Part shown: piece by piece, positions 14,175 to 26,392 of the stretch
Layout: the number at the start of each line of letters is the position of its first letter
Numbering within the stretch: the stretch's first letter is position 1
NCBI GenBank assembly: GCA_900088475.1
Contig: FLMG01004571.1
Span: forward strand, 1 to 64,000
Source of the DNA: Hyphochytrium catenoides
Lineage: Eukaryota > Protista > Hyphochytriomycota
Length of the DNA: 64,000 bases
Direction of reading: 5' to 3'
Position numbers and translations under genes: made by a program
The notes under the pieces: model-generated
Databases searched by the model: none
What the model was told of the DNA's origin: nothing
What the model saw: only the letters and a program-made list of their open reading frames with translations

Positions 14175-16554
14175 ATGCATCGCTTCATCAACGTCAGAAC
14201 GTTCCTCCCTATCCATCGGAGATGTTTCTCACAAGGCTCATTGAAAGAAGCAGTGTCAGTTCCTAAAGCCGCGTGCTGCATCATAGGGAATGAGGTCTTG
14301 AATGGAAAGGTAGCGTTACGTCGGAGGTGCCGGAGAGAGGAGCTATAATTAACCACTCATCTGTTGATCAGCGATCTCTACTCCCTTACTCGTCTTCTGT
14401 CAGACTTGCTCAAACCTCCTCGGTGGTGACACCCATGGTCTTCTCTCCATCTTGTTCATGTGCTCCTCGCTTTGCTTTAGTCTAACTTTAGCTCATCTTG
14501 CACATGTGACCAATCACACTCCCTCCTTTTATCTGGGGAACACTTGTTTTGCCTCTTTGTACAGGTCCACGATGTAAACACATACTTTCTCGCCAAGCTT
14601 CTCTTCAAAAATGGCGTAGACTTGGTCCGGGTAGAGACCATCACGGATGACCTTGATGTATGAGGTGTCGCTAAGCTCCTGTCGGCCTGAACTCTTCGCT
14701 CTTTATAGCGTCTGGGTAGTCCCTTCTAAGTAAACTCGACGACGGTGACACTGCTATCGTCGAAGCTCTGGTTAGAATTCACACCATTCTTTGGTTTCTG
14801 TTGGCTTATCCTCATTCAGAGCTTTTTCCGTCTCTTGCTTCGCTCTTTCTTTTCCGCTGCTTTACTTGCTGTAGCAGATGCTTTCAGTTATCATCTTCCC
14901 TTTTGACTTCCTCGCCATTCGCTATCGCGTTTTGGCATCGTCAACCTCGCAGGACATTGCGTCAAGCGTCAAAGCCCTATCTGAAAGGGTTGGACCTGAA
15001 GGCTTCGTTTTCACTTCGGGAGGAATCGGCCCTACGCACGATGATCTCACTTATGAAGGAATTGTAGGGCCAAGAAGTCGATGAACTTTCTACCACTTCT
15101 CGCTTGTCTGTCTTTAATGGGGTCGTCGCCATCTTGGTTTGTTGATCCTCCGTCATCTTTTCGTAGCATTTCCCTTTCGCTCTAAGTTTTCTCTTCTCTC
15201 TCTGTATTCACGGGTCGTCTGCCACTTCCGTTCTCGATTCTATCTTAGTTTCTCCGCTGCTATTGTCTACTGGTTGCTGCATTACCTAACTCAAACCTTT
15301 CTCTGGTTTTCCTCCTCAAAAGGCAAAGGCCTTTGGGCGCGGCGTCGAGCTCCACGAGCCTACGATAGAGCTGATGGAGAAGTACAGAACACAGCCTCTC
15401 AATGATGCTAGTTTGCGGATGGCGCGGCTGCCTCAAGGCTCCATCGTACGGCATATAAAGGATCATTGGGTGAGTTCAACGTCATTTGACGGTTGGTTGC
15501 ATCGCCCAGATATTACTATTTACTTGCCCTAGCCTTATCGAGTGTGTTTCGCTGCTATTTCTTTTTGGACGATTCGCCTTTCTCTACCCTTACTTTATTT
15601 GCAAAGTAGTATCGGAAAGTCAGGTCTCAAAAGCTTGCGTCTCTGCTAACGAATACCTTCCACTTCATATGTCTGATACACATATTATAGAGTTCAGACG
15701 CTCAATTTTTATAGATAGGAAGTGACAAAGTGGCTCTTCCCCATCTTCCTTTGTCCTCAGTGCTCCATCGACCAGGTCCTATGAGCTAACTCTACCTCTT
15801 ATATGTATTGTGGACGACCCTAGATCCCCTTTGTTAATATAGAAAACGTGTATATCCTACCGGGCGTGCCACGGTTCTTCCAGATAATCTTGGAGCAACA
15901 TCAGGAGCTGTTTAAAGGAATTCCTGTGACCAGGGCACTGGTAAGTAGGATGGTAGCAATCATAAATGTAGTTGGGAATGGTTGAAAGAACAGAATGAAG
16001 GGCGGCCGAGCAGGGTCATCAATCGAGGGTACACCTCTATTGATTGATTGATTAACAAAAAGAGTAGCGCCCGACAGTATGCAGACGGGGAAATGAACCT
16101 AAGGGAGCTAACACATGGAGCAGTGGTTTTCTGCTCCATGAGAAGTAGGGGGTGAACCAAAGGTTGCTGAAGTCGGTAGTTGATGGAAGCGTCAAAGACT
16201 GGCCCAGTAATCTTACTCATCCAGAAATTGGGATGAGGGAACTATCAGGCTCATACTGTAGCACTGCAAGAACCCTAACATTAGCTCCTACGCCCCGTCT
16301 GCTTTGCCTCTTCATCATATTGTGTCAAGGTCGGCACAATGCTTCCTGAATCGCAGATTGCAGCAGAGCTTGAGGCCGGTCAAAAGGAGTTCCCCCATAT
16401 TAGCATCGGAAGCTATCCAAGAGTAACTGAAGACGAGAAAAGATATAACGTGATGGTCTCTATAGAAGGAAGAGACGAAGCAGGTGTCCAGGCTTTGGCA
16501 AAGCGGTTCAAGAATGCGCTTAAAGGCAGCGAAATCCAGCCAGTGCCTAGCTAA
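14175..16554 (+). CDS. Molybdopterin-binding (CinA / FLAD1 N-terminal-like) domain protein, probable FAD diphosphatase; N-terminus resembles a mitochondrial presequence
   Basis: Spliced exons give AACCIIGNEVLNGK|VHDVNTYFLAK, TSGGIGPTHDDLTYEGI, RMARLP, NVYILPGVP and ISIGSYP. Confidence 0.88.
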
Positions 16555-16988
16555 TGTATAGATCTGACTATACTCACTAATACATAGCTCAGTTCACTTT
16601 TTGCCCGCCTCTTCTCCCTATGCGTTGTGGCCGGGAAGACTCCACCTTTCTCTTTAGACCCTGCCACTCTTCAGCAGAAGGCTTTTCTCACTTCTTTCCC
16701 AGCCAGCAACCTCGGATCCTCAAAATTTCTCCCTTCACAGTTGCACAAGCTCGGCTCTCTCCATCTCCCCATCGCAGGTGATTAGACCCTTCCGCTCCAA
16801 CACGCCTGACGCACCGAGAGTACGCGAATAGTACCTTTGGACTTTCACCTAGTAACAGTGGTACCAATAGTTTATTGTACCTCGATCTGCTGTCGGGAGG
16901 AACAGCTTAAGCCCGTACTGGGCCTCATCTGGGGAAAAGATGACGTACAAGGAGGGAAGAAAGAAAGACTTTCGAGGCTTGAGTTAGC

Positions 16989-17555
<567 letters not shown>

Positions 17556-18542
17556 CTAGGTGAGAGGTGCAATGTCGATTAATAGCCACACACTACGACC
17601 TTTTTGTCACAGCACTAGACAGTGTCTAAGCTTACAGGCACCTAAGAAAACGCGATAGACACGTCATCAACCCTCAATGTCCGGACCACCATTCACGTAC
17701 CCGAGATATCAGACCGCTGGTGTCTCCTAAAGTCTCCTTTCCCTTAATGTCCCAGCTCAGCGAGACTCCAAGAGAAGAGAAAGAGATGGCGGCCAGAGAT
17801 CAAGCAGACGAGCAGCGGCGGCGTTCTTCCCCGCCGCGCACCACCAGTTGGCCGCTCAGTCTGCTGGCAGTCAGTCTGCTACATTATAACCCATCACCAT
17901 ACATAAGTACTAAGAGCTGCCACAGCCAACCATGACCTCAGCAGATCATCATACCCGCTAACGATCAAGAATCATAAATGGAAATCAGTATTGGAATCGA
18001 TACTCATTGATTACCAAGACGTATACAGCTCAAATCAAAAGGTTGATAACTATACTCTGTTTTCAAGGAGGGAAGAGAGGAGAGAGAAGAGCGAAGGAAG
18101 GAGAGAGAAAGAGGGACTCAAAACGCAGCGAATGAGAAAGTTTGGACGACGCAAGCAGCGTGGCTGATGACTGATGAGCGCTTGGAGCTTGGACCGATGT
18201 TTCTGCACAGATGACAGCCTCTACACAGGAGCTGCTCGACACTCTGAACAAAGAGTTTCCTTCCGTCTGCCAACTGGGACGAAAGGATGAACTACCACTA
18301 CTTCCTAGCTGCCTTCTCCTTCTCGGGAAGCTTCGGAGCGGGCCCTGCCCTGCAGACACTAACGACAGGTTTCGCTGCGTGAGATAAAGAGTCTGAATGC
18401 AGAGAATGGTTGAGCCACGTCAGATGTCGTACATCGCCAGCCCAGTCCATACTGGTAGTCCTCAATGGTAATGTCACATGAGCGGGCACCATCAGGAAGA
18501 GCTATGTTTTGGCAGAAGGCCTGCTAGCTGCGTGGGGTACAC

Positions 18543-19950
18543 ATGTTGAGACTCATGACCGTCAACGCGGATCGACATCTTCCTGCGGCTTCAGCGCCAG
18601 ATAAGGTAACCACTAAAAGCAATTGGAGGGAGCTTCTTCCGTTTCCTACTCTGGAGAGCAGTGTCCTTCTCGGTACATCAAAGGGGACCGCCCACAATTA
18701 CTACCACCGAGCGTGGACTCGCATTTATACGGCTCCCTGGCAGATCATTGTTTGGAATGCACTATTCTTGCTCTGTGTTAACTCCTTGTGAGCCTCCATT
18801 GTACACCGCTCGATGATGGACAGAGGAGCGTCATAATGAGCAGCACAGAGTCCATACTTGGCGACTCGCCTTTCCCAGCGAATCACAATAGGGTTCTTGT
18901 TTCTTTGGGCACCACAAAAGCAGCATGTATCTTTCGTCACGTAACCCCTGCTGCAGCCAGCCTTGAAGACATCAACGAGGATTTCATTTCTCTGCATTGC
19001 TTGAATGTGAGGCTTGTCAAGGTAGTAGAGTGGACATTTGCTCTTTCCTTGTGGATTAGATGGAGCCGCAGAAGAATGAACGCTTTGAACTGTGACTTTC
19101 CTTAGTCGCCGTGCTTATTTGTCCTCGAAAGAACCCTGATTGAGACTATGATAGGCTGAGTGAAGTAATGCCACTGATAATTGTGACAGTGATAATGAAT
19201 AAAGGGCCCAGAGCTGTCAAGAATGGCCCCTACATCTTGTCGTCGGAAAGCATCATGGACTAGATCTTCCCTGCTATTCTCTTCAACAAGCTCTTGGTGA
19301 CCACTTTAAGCTCAAAGTGAAGAAGGGAATCAAGATGAGTTTGGACTGAGCATTCTCCTTCCTCGTGGGGCCTCTTATCTTTGCTGTTGTCGATCATTCG
19401 CTCGACACAACACCAGAGATTGCACCATTGGAGCACTTTTTCCTAGGGGCTGTCAGTAGTTCGAACCTCTATCATTATCAACAACAATCAGCACTGTCCT
19501 GCTGACTTCAATCACGACATGTAAACCGCTTCTTGAACAGCAGCTAGATAAAGCTGGTAGTGGGGCATCCCCTTGTTCTTCATTATGTTTGTCACTGCTG
19601 CGACTGTACTTCTACATCAACATAAGAGCTTCAAGTGGCGCAATCTGAATACATAGACCGTTAACTTGTCTCTCTTTTTATAAAAGGCGTAGCTGTGTCT
19701 TTATCTGTGCCATGGACGGCGCATGCCCATTAATCAGAACACCTCAGAGGGAGAGGAGCTGTTGTTAGAGCGCTCGGCTTCCATCAAGATGTTTAGTGAA
19801 TCACAGCTCGTAAAGAAGTCGCTACCTCTCGGGGGCCTATGCCTATTGCCTGAAAGCTCAATGGAGGAGAGATCTTCTGTCACCGTCCTAAGTGTTCTCT
19901 CATTCAGTTTTTCTTACAGTTCGTGTCCTACAGGGACCCCGAACTTCATT
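18543..19950 (+). mobile_element. Decayed non-LTR retrotransposon (LINE) remnant with APE and RT fragments
   Basis: Broken frames in the expected order: LRLMTVNA (APE start), FPANHNRVLVSL (SDH-like), RRKAS/GLDLP (KAPGPD-like), and FEPLSLSTTISTVLLTSITTCKPLLEQQLDKAGSG (RT 'YRPISL...Q.GF' block); many stops. Confidence 0.5.
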
Positions 19951-20308
19951 ATAGGACGAGGATAATGAAAGCAGAGCAACTCCCAGTCAGGACGCTTACA
20001 CAAAGCAGCTGCAATCTGGCTGTTTCAAGGCAATGAGACAAGCCAGATGCCATACGATGACCGCCGTACCGATGGAGGCAAATGTGACTGGGAAGGGCTC
20101 GAAGAAAGGGAGATGATGACTCAACAAAACTAGCACCGACGTTATTCTTCTGTTACGTTATGGGAGTCATCCTTTGCAAGCTAAAGACATCCCGGCTCTA
20201 TTAACCCTGTGGACGCACAGCGTTCCTGGAGCTGGTGGTCATCCTCTTTTTGCCTATGACAGACCTCCTACCAAATTACTGCTTCAACATATACACAGAC
20301 AGACTTCT

Positions 20309-21508
20309 CTATAACTTCTTATATTGTGAGGGGTCATTGTAGAGATATGGATTTCCTGGTGGCGGCTTAAAGTTGGGATTCTCTACATCACGAAGAGCGG
20401 GACAGACTTCGTCCGCACCCTCTGCTTCTTGCTCACAACGGCGTCCACCCAGCCAGCCAGAGTCAAAGATGCAACCAGCAGTGACGAATGAGATCCGCTT
20501 CCTTCGCGGTTCGTGCAACAGCAGACGCACCATGTCCACAAGTTGATCGTCGCTGATAGAGACTACGGTCGCAGCCCAGTTCCTGAAGAGAAGTGGATAG
20601 AGGTCCAGTCTTAGCCAGGTCTCTTCAGAGAGGAAGTTTAGGACAATCCAGTTCATAAAGTTGTCCGGCAGTCTGTTCCTCTTGATAACGTTGTCCTCAG
20701 GGTTCTTCTGGCTTCTAAAATAGCTAGTAAGGAAGGTATCTAGGCGGTTCTCGTACTCCACTCTCTCTGGCCTCGCGATTGAGCTGTACCGCCACGTCTT
20801 GACTAAGCCTTCAAATCGGTGCTGGGGGACCATGTAGGCATCCCGCGTTTTGTTAAGGTACTTTGATATCTGAAGCGCAGGTACGTTGGAGACGATCTTG
20901 GTCCGCAGCAGTCCATCAATGATGTCGATAGCCCGCACGTGCGAATACTTCCTTCTCAGGGTCGCCAATCTGTCCATGATGCCATCAGGCGAGAGAAGGG
21001 TTGGCTCTACTGTCGTCCTGACGAAGTCCCACGAGTCAGACGGGGCGAAGAAGCTAGAACTAGTAAGACGCTGCAATCGCCGGAGCTGCCTCACAAACGC
21101 TTTAGGAGTTCCCGTCCTCGTCTTGTCGAGGATAGTAAGCGTAGATCTAATGACATCCAGCTCGTTGATGCCAGCCTTGCCACACCAGGTGTTCTGAAGC
21201 ATCTCCATTGTCTCAGAGAAGGCGCATCTTGGTAGCTCTAACCTGGTTGCTGTCTTTAGGCTACTCCAGAGACTTAACACGCGAGGACTGCTTAACTGGT
21301 TGCTCTTCATCAAAGAGTTTAGCTCCATCAGCGTCTTAACCACCTGTCCGTTGGCTGGAATACCCCAATTCTCATAAGGATTCGCAGCATTCACAGGTAG
21401 AGAGAGGAATGTAGGGCCGGTAAGGGAAAGGAAAACAAGGAAGAAGAGCGACTTCCATGAGAAATGTGGCAAGCAAGAGCCCCTTGTGGCCTTGACAGGA
21501 GAATGCAT
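20309..21508 (-). CDS. Orphan protein (~399 aa), probably secreted, intronless
   Basis: Long ORF with hydrophobic N-terminus SLFFLVFLSLTGPTFLSLPVNA|AN; no recognised domain. Confidence 0.7.
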   Translation of the reverse strand: MHSPVKATRGSCLPHFSWKSLFFLVFLSLTGPTFLSLPVNAANPYENWGIPANGQVVKTLMELNSLMKSNQLSSPRVLSLWSSLKTATRLELPRCAFSETMEMLQNTWCGKAGINELDVIRSTLTILDKTRTGTPKAFVRQLRRLQRLTSSSFFAPSDSWDFVRTTVEPTLLSPDGIMDRLATLRRKYSHVRAIDIIDGLLRTKIVSNVPALQISKYLNKTRDAYMVPQHRFEGLVKTWRYSSIARPERVEYENRLDTFLTSYFRSQKNPEDNVIKRNRLPDNFMNWIVLNFLSEETWLRLDLYPLLFRNWAATVVSISDDQLVDMVRLLLHEPRRKRISFVTAGCIFDSGWLGGRRCEQEAEGADEVCPALRDVENPNFKPPPGNPYLYNDPSQYKKL

Positions 21509-21739
21509 GCTTTTCCTCAGTAGCTGCAACGTAACAAAGCACCTAGTAGGGTCCGCTTCTCTTCTTTAGGAACACCACCAACTGACAGATAATGTGATTA
21601 GCCGGTTGAGGTTCCGCTAGTAGCAAGGCAGACGCCTGGAGAAATCGGAAAGTGATGACACAGTGAAAGAGAGAAGAAAGAGAATGTTGTACGACGTGAA
21701 GGCCGCTGATGATATGTCGTTTCTAACTCTTCTCTTTCG

Positions 21740-22486
21740 TTTTTCTCTCTCTCTCGCCCTCTCTCTCATTCTCTCTCTCGCCCTCTCTCTCACTCTCTCT
21801 CTCCCTTCCGGTGAAGCTCGGAGCTCTCCTGGGAAGTACAGCTGGATGGAATGGAAGCAGGAGAAGAGGGAAGAGTCTAGACTTAGCAGGGAACGTTGCA
21901 GAAGCCGAGGTTGAAGAGGAGAGGCATAAAAGATAAGGCGAGATAGAGTTGGGTCTTGTTCAAACAGGTGGGGAGAGAGGAAAGAGTATCAACAGAGACA
22001 AGGCAACTACTGAATAGAAAGAGACTTCAATGCAATCGGTCTGCCATCCTCTTCGCCTCCGGCTCTCGGTCTTCCTTTTCTGTTCATTGTGTCTAAAACT
22101 GTCTTGTCTAGAAAGAGAAGAGCTACTCTAGAGCACTAAAGTTACTTCCTCCTTCCCGTTGCTCTACTTCTTATTCTCAGTCCTAATGACCTCAATATCT
22201 CTCTCTCGTTCTATTTAGCTAGGGGTTTCCTTTCCTTCACTCTGTTTCTTTCTCTTTCTCTCTCTTTTTCTCGTCTCTTCCTCCTCTGGCTTTCCTTGAC
22301 TCTTTCTATGTTTTCCCTCTCTCTATGCCTCTCTACCAATAGTGTCTCTCCCTCTTTCTGTCCGTCTCTTTTGCATTTTTCTCCCCCTCTCCTCGTGCTG
22401 GTCTTCCCTTACAGAAGCTCTTTCTTCTGAATATCTTGGTCTCTCTCTTCCCTAATATTCTCTCTCTCTCTCTCTCTCCTCTTTTT

Positions 22487-22522
<36 letters not shown>

Positions 22523-22695
22523 GTCTCTCTCTCTGTCTCTCTTCCTCTCTCTCTCTTTCTCTCCCTCTCTTCTCGCCTTCTGTCTCCTCCGCGCCTTGTC
22601 CTCTACAAACAATATCACCCCCAGTACTGAACGAGTCCGAGTGCGAGCAGTTTGCACTCTATCAAGAGAAGAGAGAGAGAGAGAGATGAGAGAGC
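21740..22695. repeat. Cluster of (CT)n/(AG)n low-complexity tracts
   Basis: CT tracts at ~21740-21805 and ~22190-22580, AG tract at ~22665-22693. Confidence 0.9.
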
Positions 22696-23359
22696 CGTCC
22701 ATTACTCTGTCTTGCCCAGTAGCTGCTGATGGGAGGTCGGCCCCAGATGGGGCAGATCAGTAAATAAGCCAATAAAGAAGCAGTACCGTTTTATCAAGAA
22801 CGAATATCTCTGGGTAGCGATTAAACGAACCTTAGGGTTACAGTTACTGTTACATGTAGAGGTAGTTGAAAGAAGCCTTGCCAATGACTAAATAGCTATT
22901 TATACGGCAATAATATGACAGCTGGGATTGGCCGTACGGTCCAGGAAGGCAGAGGGGAACCTTTATGCTGATGGTGCCCAAGGGGCTCTCTCAACTTACC
23001 AAACGCATGCACTCATCCCTCACTCAAGCTGTGTAAGTAGCCCGATGGTTGTCTTAATGCCTCAGGTGTTTCAAAACCCACTTTCGTTAGCCAGCGCTAA
23101 GAAGGAGTGATTGCATTCTGTCTCGCAGATCTCTCTTCACTATCTCTAGCACAGAGAGATACAGTTTTATTACAGGTTTTATCACCACTGTCTACCTACA
23201 GGCTCTATCACGACTATCACTTCTACCTTGACCACCGGCGCTCGTGTCTCTTTGGACTTCCGCTTCTCTCAATGCCTCTCTCCTCATGAAGGCCTCTCTT
23301 CATCGGTTCTCTGTTTGGCTCCTTCTTCGCTTGTTTATGAAGAACCCTCGCCCATCCCT

Positions 23360-23442
23360 ACTAGTGTCATCTTCATAGCGGAGGGGTCTCTCCGTCAACC
23401 CTAACTGGTGTCATCTTCATAGTGAAGGGTTTCTCCGTCAAC
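23360..23442. repeat. Imperfect ~44-bp tandem duplication
   Basis: actagtgtcatcttcatagcggaggggtctctccgtcaac / actggtgtcatcttcatagtgaagggtttctccgtcaac. Confidence 0.85.
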
Positions 23443-23814
23443 TCCAGCTGTAAAGAAGCACGCTAAACGACATTGAGTTGCCTTCGTGGTTCTTGTTCTT
23501 TCAGTTTCTTGGTATTGAGACTCATCCTTATTGGCTGTTGTTGGTGATCGTCGCTCTGGCATCACAGGACTGGTGACGAACCTCAGGATTCATTGATAAT
23601 GGGGAGTAAGAGCTCTCTAGCAGAGGGAGGCAGCGGAGATGCCACTGCCGGATAATTCTATCAACTCTAGTAATAAGATTTATTTAGGATTACGCTCTCC
23701 ATTATATCCCACTGGTGATTACCAACAATAACATTAGGGTTTCTATGAACAACCAGCCACAAGCTGGCAGGTGCGCGATTCTTCAAAGCCATGAAGAGAA
23801 GAGGTGCGCAAAGA

Positions 23815-26236
23815 TTAGGCGGTCGGAGACCGAGGAGTTCCTCCGCCACTGAGTCGACTGGAGCGACGAACAGGCCCAATATGAGCCTCAGACCCCTGCA
23901 TCCATATAAATATGTTAGCGAGTCAAGAGGGAAACTTGGTGTGAACGAGACTTCACGTGCACAGATGGGTATAGAGCTCACCGGAATAGGGACACTGGTT
24001 ACGAAGCTGCCAAGGGGTGTTGACGCGGCAGAGGAAAGAGTGCTTCTCACGCTCGCAGGGGAGAAATTCGCGGAGAAAGATGGTGGGGAGATCTGGGGAC
24101 AGTTATGAGACTTAGATGTCGGTCATGAGACGGCTGGGACAGAGACCAACATGTGTTTGTACAAAGGGTACCAAGCACGGAACGTGAAAGCGTAGAAGCC
24201 ATGGTTTAGGGCGAAAACAAAGAAGCGAATTTGACAGCCTAGAAATTCCCTCCTCCTCATAAAAGTACTGCGCTTTCCCAGCAAGAGCTTGTTGGGGAGT
24301 AGGTATGAAGTCGCACGGTAGAGGATAGTGATAGGAGGAGGGGGACTAATGCTTCTATGGCGGTACCATTCTCAGCGGTGAAAGCATTGAGACACTTCTG
24401 ATGCTGGAGGTCCTTGATATCGAGCTGGCAGCTGACCGTCCCGCAGTAGATGGGTTCGGGCTCCATGCATTAGAGCCTGAAGCGGGAGACTGGTAGCTCA
24501 TTGGTATCGACGCTTGAACGTTATACCGTCGGTCCTATTCACGACACGGTAAGGGAGGATAGACACTTCAGAACTACTGAGTTAGAGTCAGAACAGAATA
24601 AGCAAAGAGCCTTCTCCACGCAGCCAACATGAAAAGCGAAGTGGTAAACAATTCAACTGAAGACACTATCATCAACCACCTTTGCGAAGCGGAAGAAGGT
24701 CCATCCAACAACCGCCATTGCCAGAAGTGACAGCAGAATTGGCGCAGTGAAAAAGCTTCCACCAGTGGACAGTGAGGCTGTTGCGGCACTTCTAGGGGCT
24801 TGGTAGAGACTAGAACGCACTGAGCTTCGGTGGGATGATGCTAAGGAATCCTCGGAGAGATTGAGTGCCCCAGTATTTGAGGACAGAGGGGCCGAAGTCA
24901 GGGAAGCCTGCTCCAAATCAATACCAACAATTTGTGCCAGCTCCTCTGGATTCTGCAGCTCTTGCACCTGCTGCTCGAGGCGAACAATAATTGCTGTCTT
25001 CTCATTATTAAGAGCGAAGAGCTCCATCTCTAGACTTTCACTTTCCTTCTTCAGAGCTGCAGTCTTTGCCCGAGAGGCCTAAGAAAAATTGGAAAATGTA
25101 TAGCGCATTAGAAGCATCATCATAACTCTCGCTATGAATATCCTGAAGATATGTGAGACCAAGCTATGCATATCTCAGATGAGCGAAAGTCGTTAACAAG
25201 CGTTCCTGCTGACCGGATCACTTACATCGAGCTCTTTCAGAAGGCGCTGATTCTCCGCCTTAACCTCCCCAAGCTCGGCTCTTTGTCTCTCAACTTCCTT
25301 GCTCAGGTTCTCTTTATTGAGGGAAAGCCTTAGCTCTTCCATATCTCTCTCCTTCGCCTAAGCGATTCAGAAGGGAGGGAAACTGCTCAGAGATGCATAT
25401 GTAGACACATAGATCCGCTAAGATTGAAAGAGAGGTAGATTGGCGGACCGGAACCCCCAGGACTACCAGCGGACTGAAGTGCTGGGTCCACATACACGAT
25501 AGCGATCAAAGCATGTGGAGGAATGCCCGAGAGAAGAACTGACGGACATCAAACTTACCGCAAGGTTCTCTCGGGCAATGGTAAGTTCCTTGCGCAAGGT
25601 GGCAATCTCTCTCTGAGCTTGAAGAAGAAGATCCCCTGACTCTTTCTTCACAACTTCTAGTTTTGCTTCGTATTCGGCATTTGCAGCCTCTATCTTTTGG
25701 CTGCAAGAGCACGTGGAATGGGGTCGGTTCAGTCCACAAGCTCATCATTTCTATCATCACTATGCTTGCTTATTAGGGACTATCATTGTGCAGGCGCAAT
25801 CTTCAGCCCTACTAACTTTTGCACAACCCGCCTACCGCTTCCGTCGTCACGTCGACTCTTTTCCTAGTGCTCAGAGCCGTCCTCGTCCATCCCATACAGG
25901 AGCGTACGGTACCTGTAAGAAGCTTTGAAGTCGTCCAACTCTTTTTCCATTGCTTCTCTTGCCTCTTTGACTTGCTTTTCTTTACGAAGAACTTCGTCCA
26001 GCTTCCTGTTGACTTCTTCATCTCTCTCTGCACAGCGGAGAGCAATGCCGTCAACATAAAACCGAATCAGGAAGCTACATTTCTCCCTATTTGGAGCCCT
26101 TAACTTCTGCCCCAATCTAACAGAACTCCTGCTTTCTCTACGAAGGATCCCTCAAACCTAACCATCACGTACCTCTAATCTTGGCGTTCTGTTCATCGAA
26201 CAACGCTTGGGACCGGAGCATTATCTCGCTGTCCAT
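23815..26236 (-). CDS. Coiled-coil protein with one TM helix and a Ser/Pro-rich tail, about 8 exons
   Basis: In-frame GT-AG chain MDSEIMLRSQALFDEQNAKIR|...|ELFALNNEK...ILLSLLAMAVVGWTFFRFAK|DRRYNVQASIPMSYQSP...|ISPPSFS...|GSEAHIGPVRRSSRLSGGGTPRSPTA*; the last three exons are inferred. Confidence 0.7.
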
Positions 26237-26392
26237 ATTCTTCACTCTTCTATTCACCTCCTAAAATTTTTCTGTCAGAAAAAGCGCACACTTCTCGGTA
26301 GAGATGCAGAGAAGAGAGAGAGAACTCGAAAGACGAGGGCACATCATAGAGCACTAGTGGAAGAGGTCAGCGCCCTATGTGATCGAGAATAG

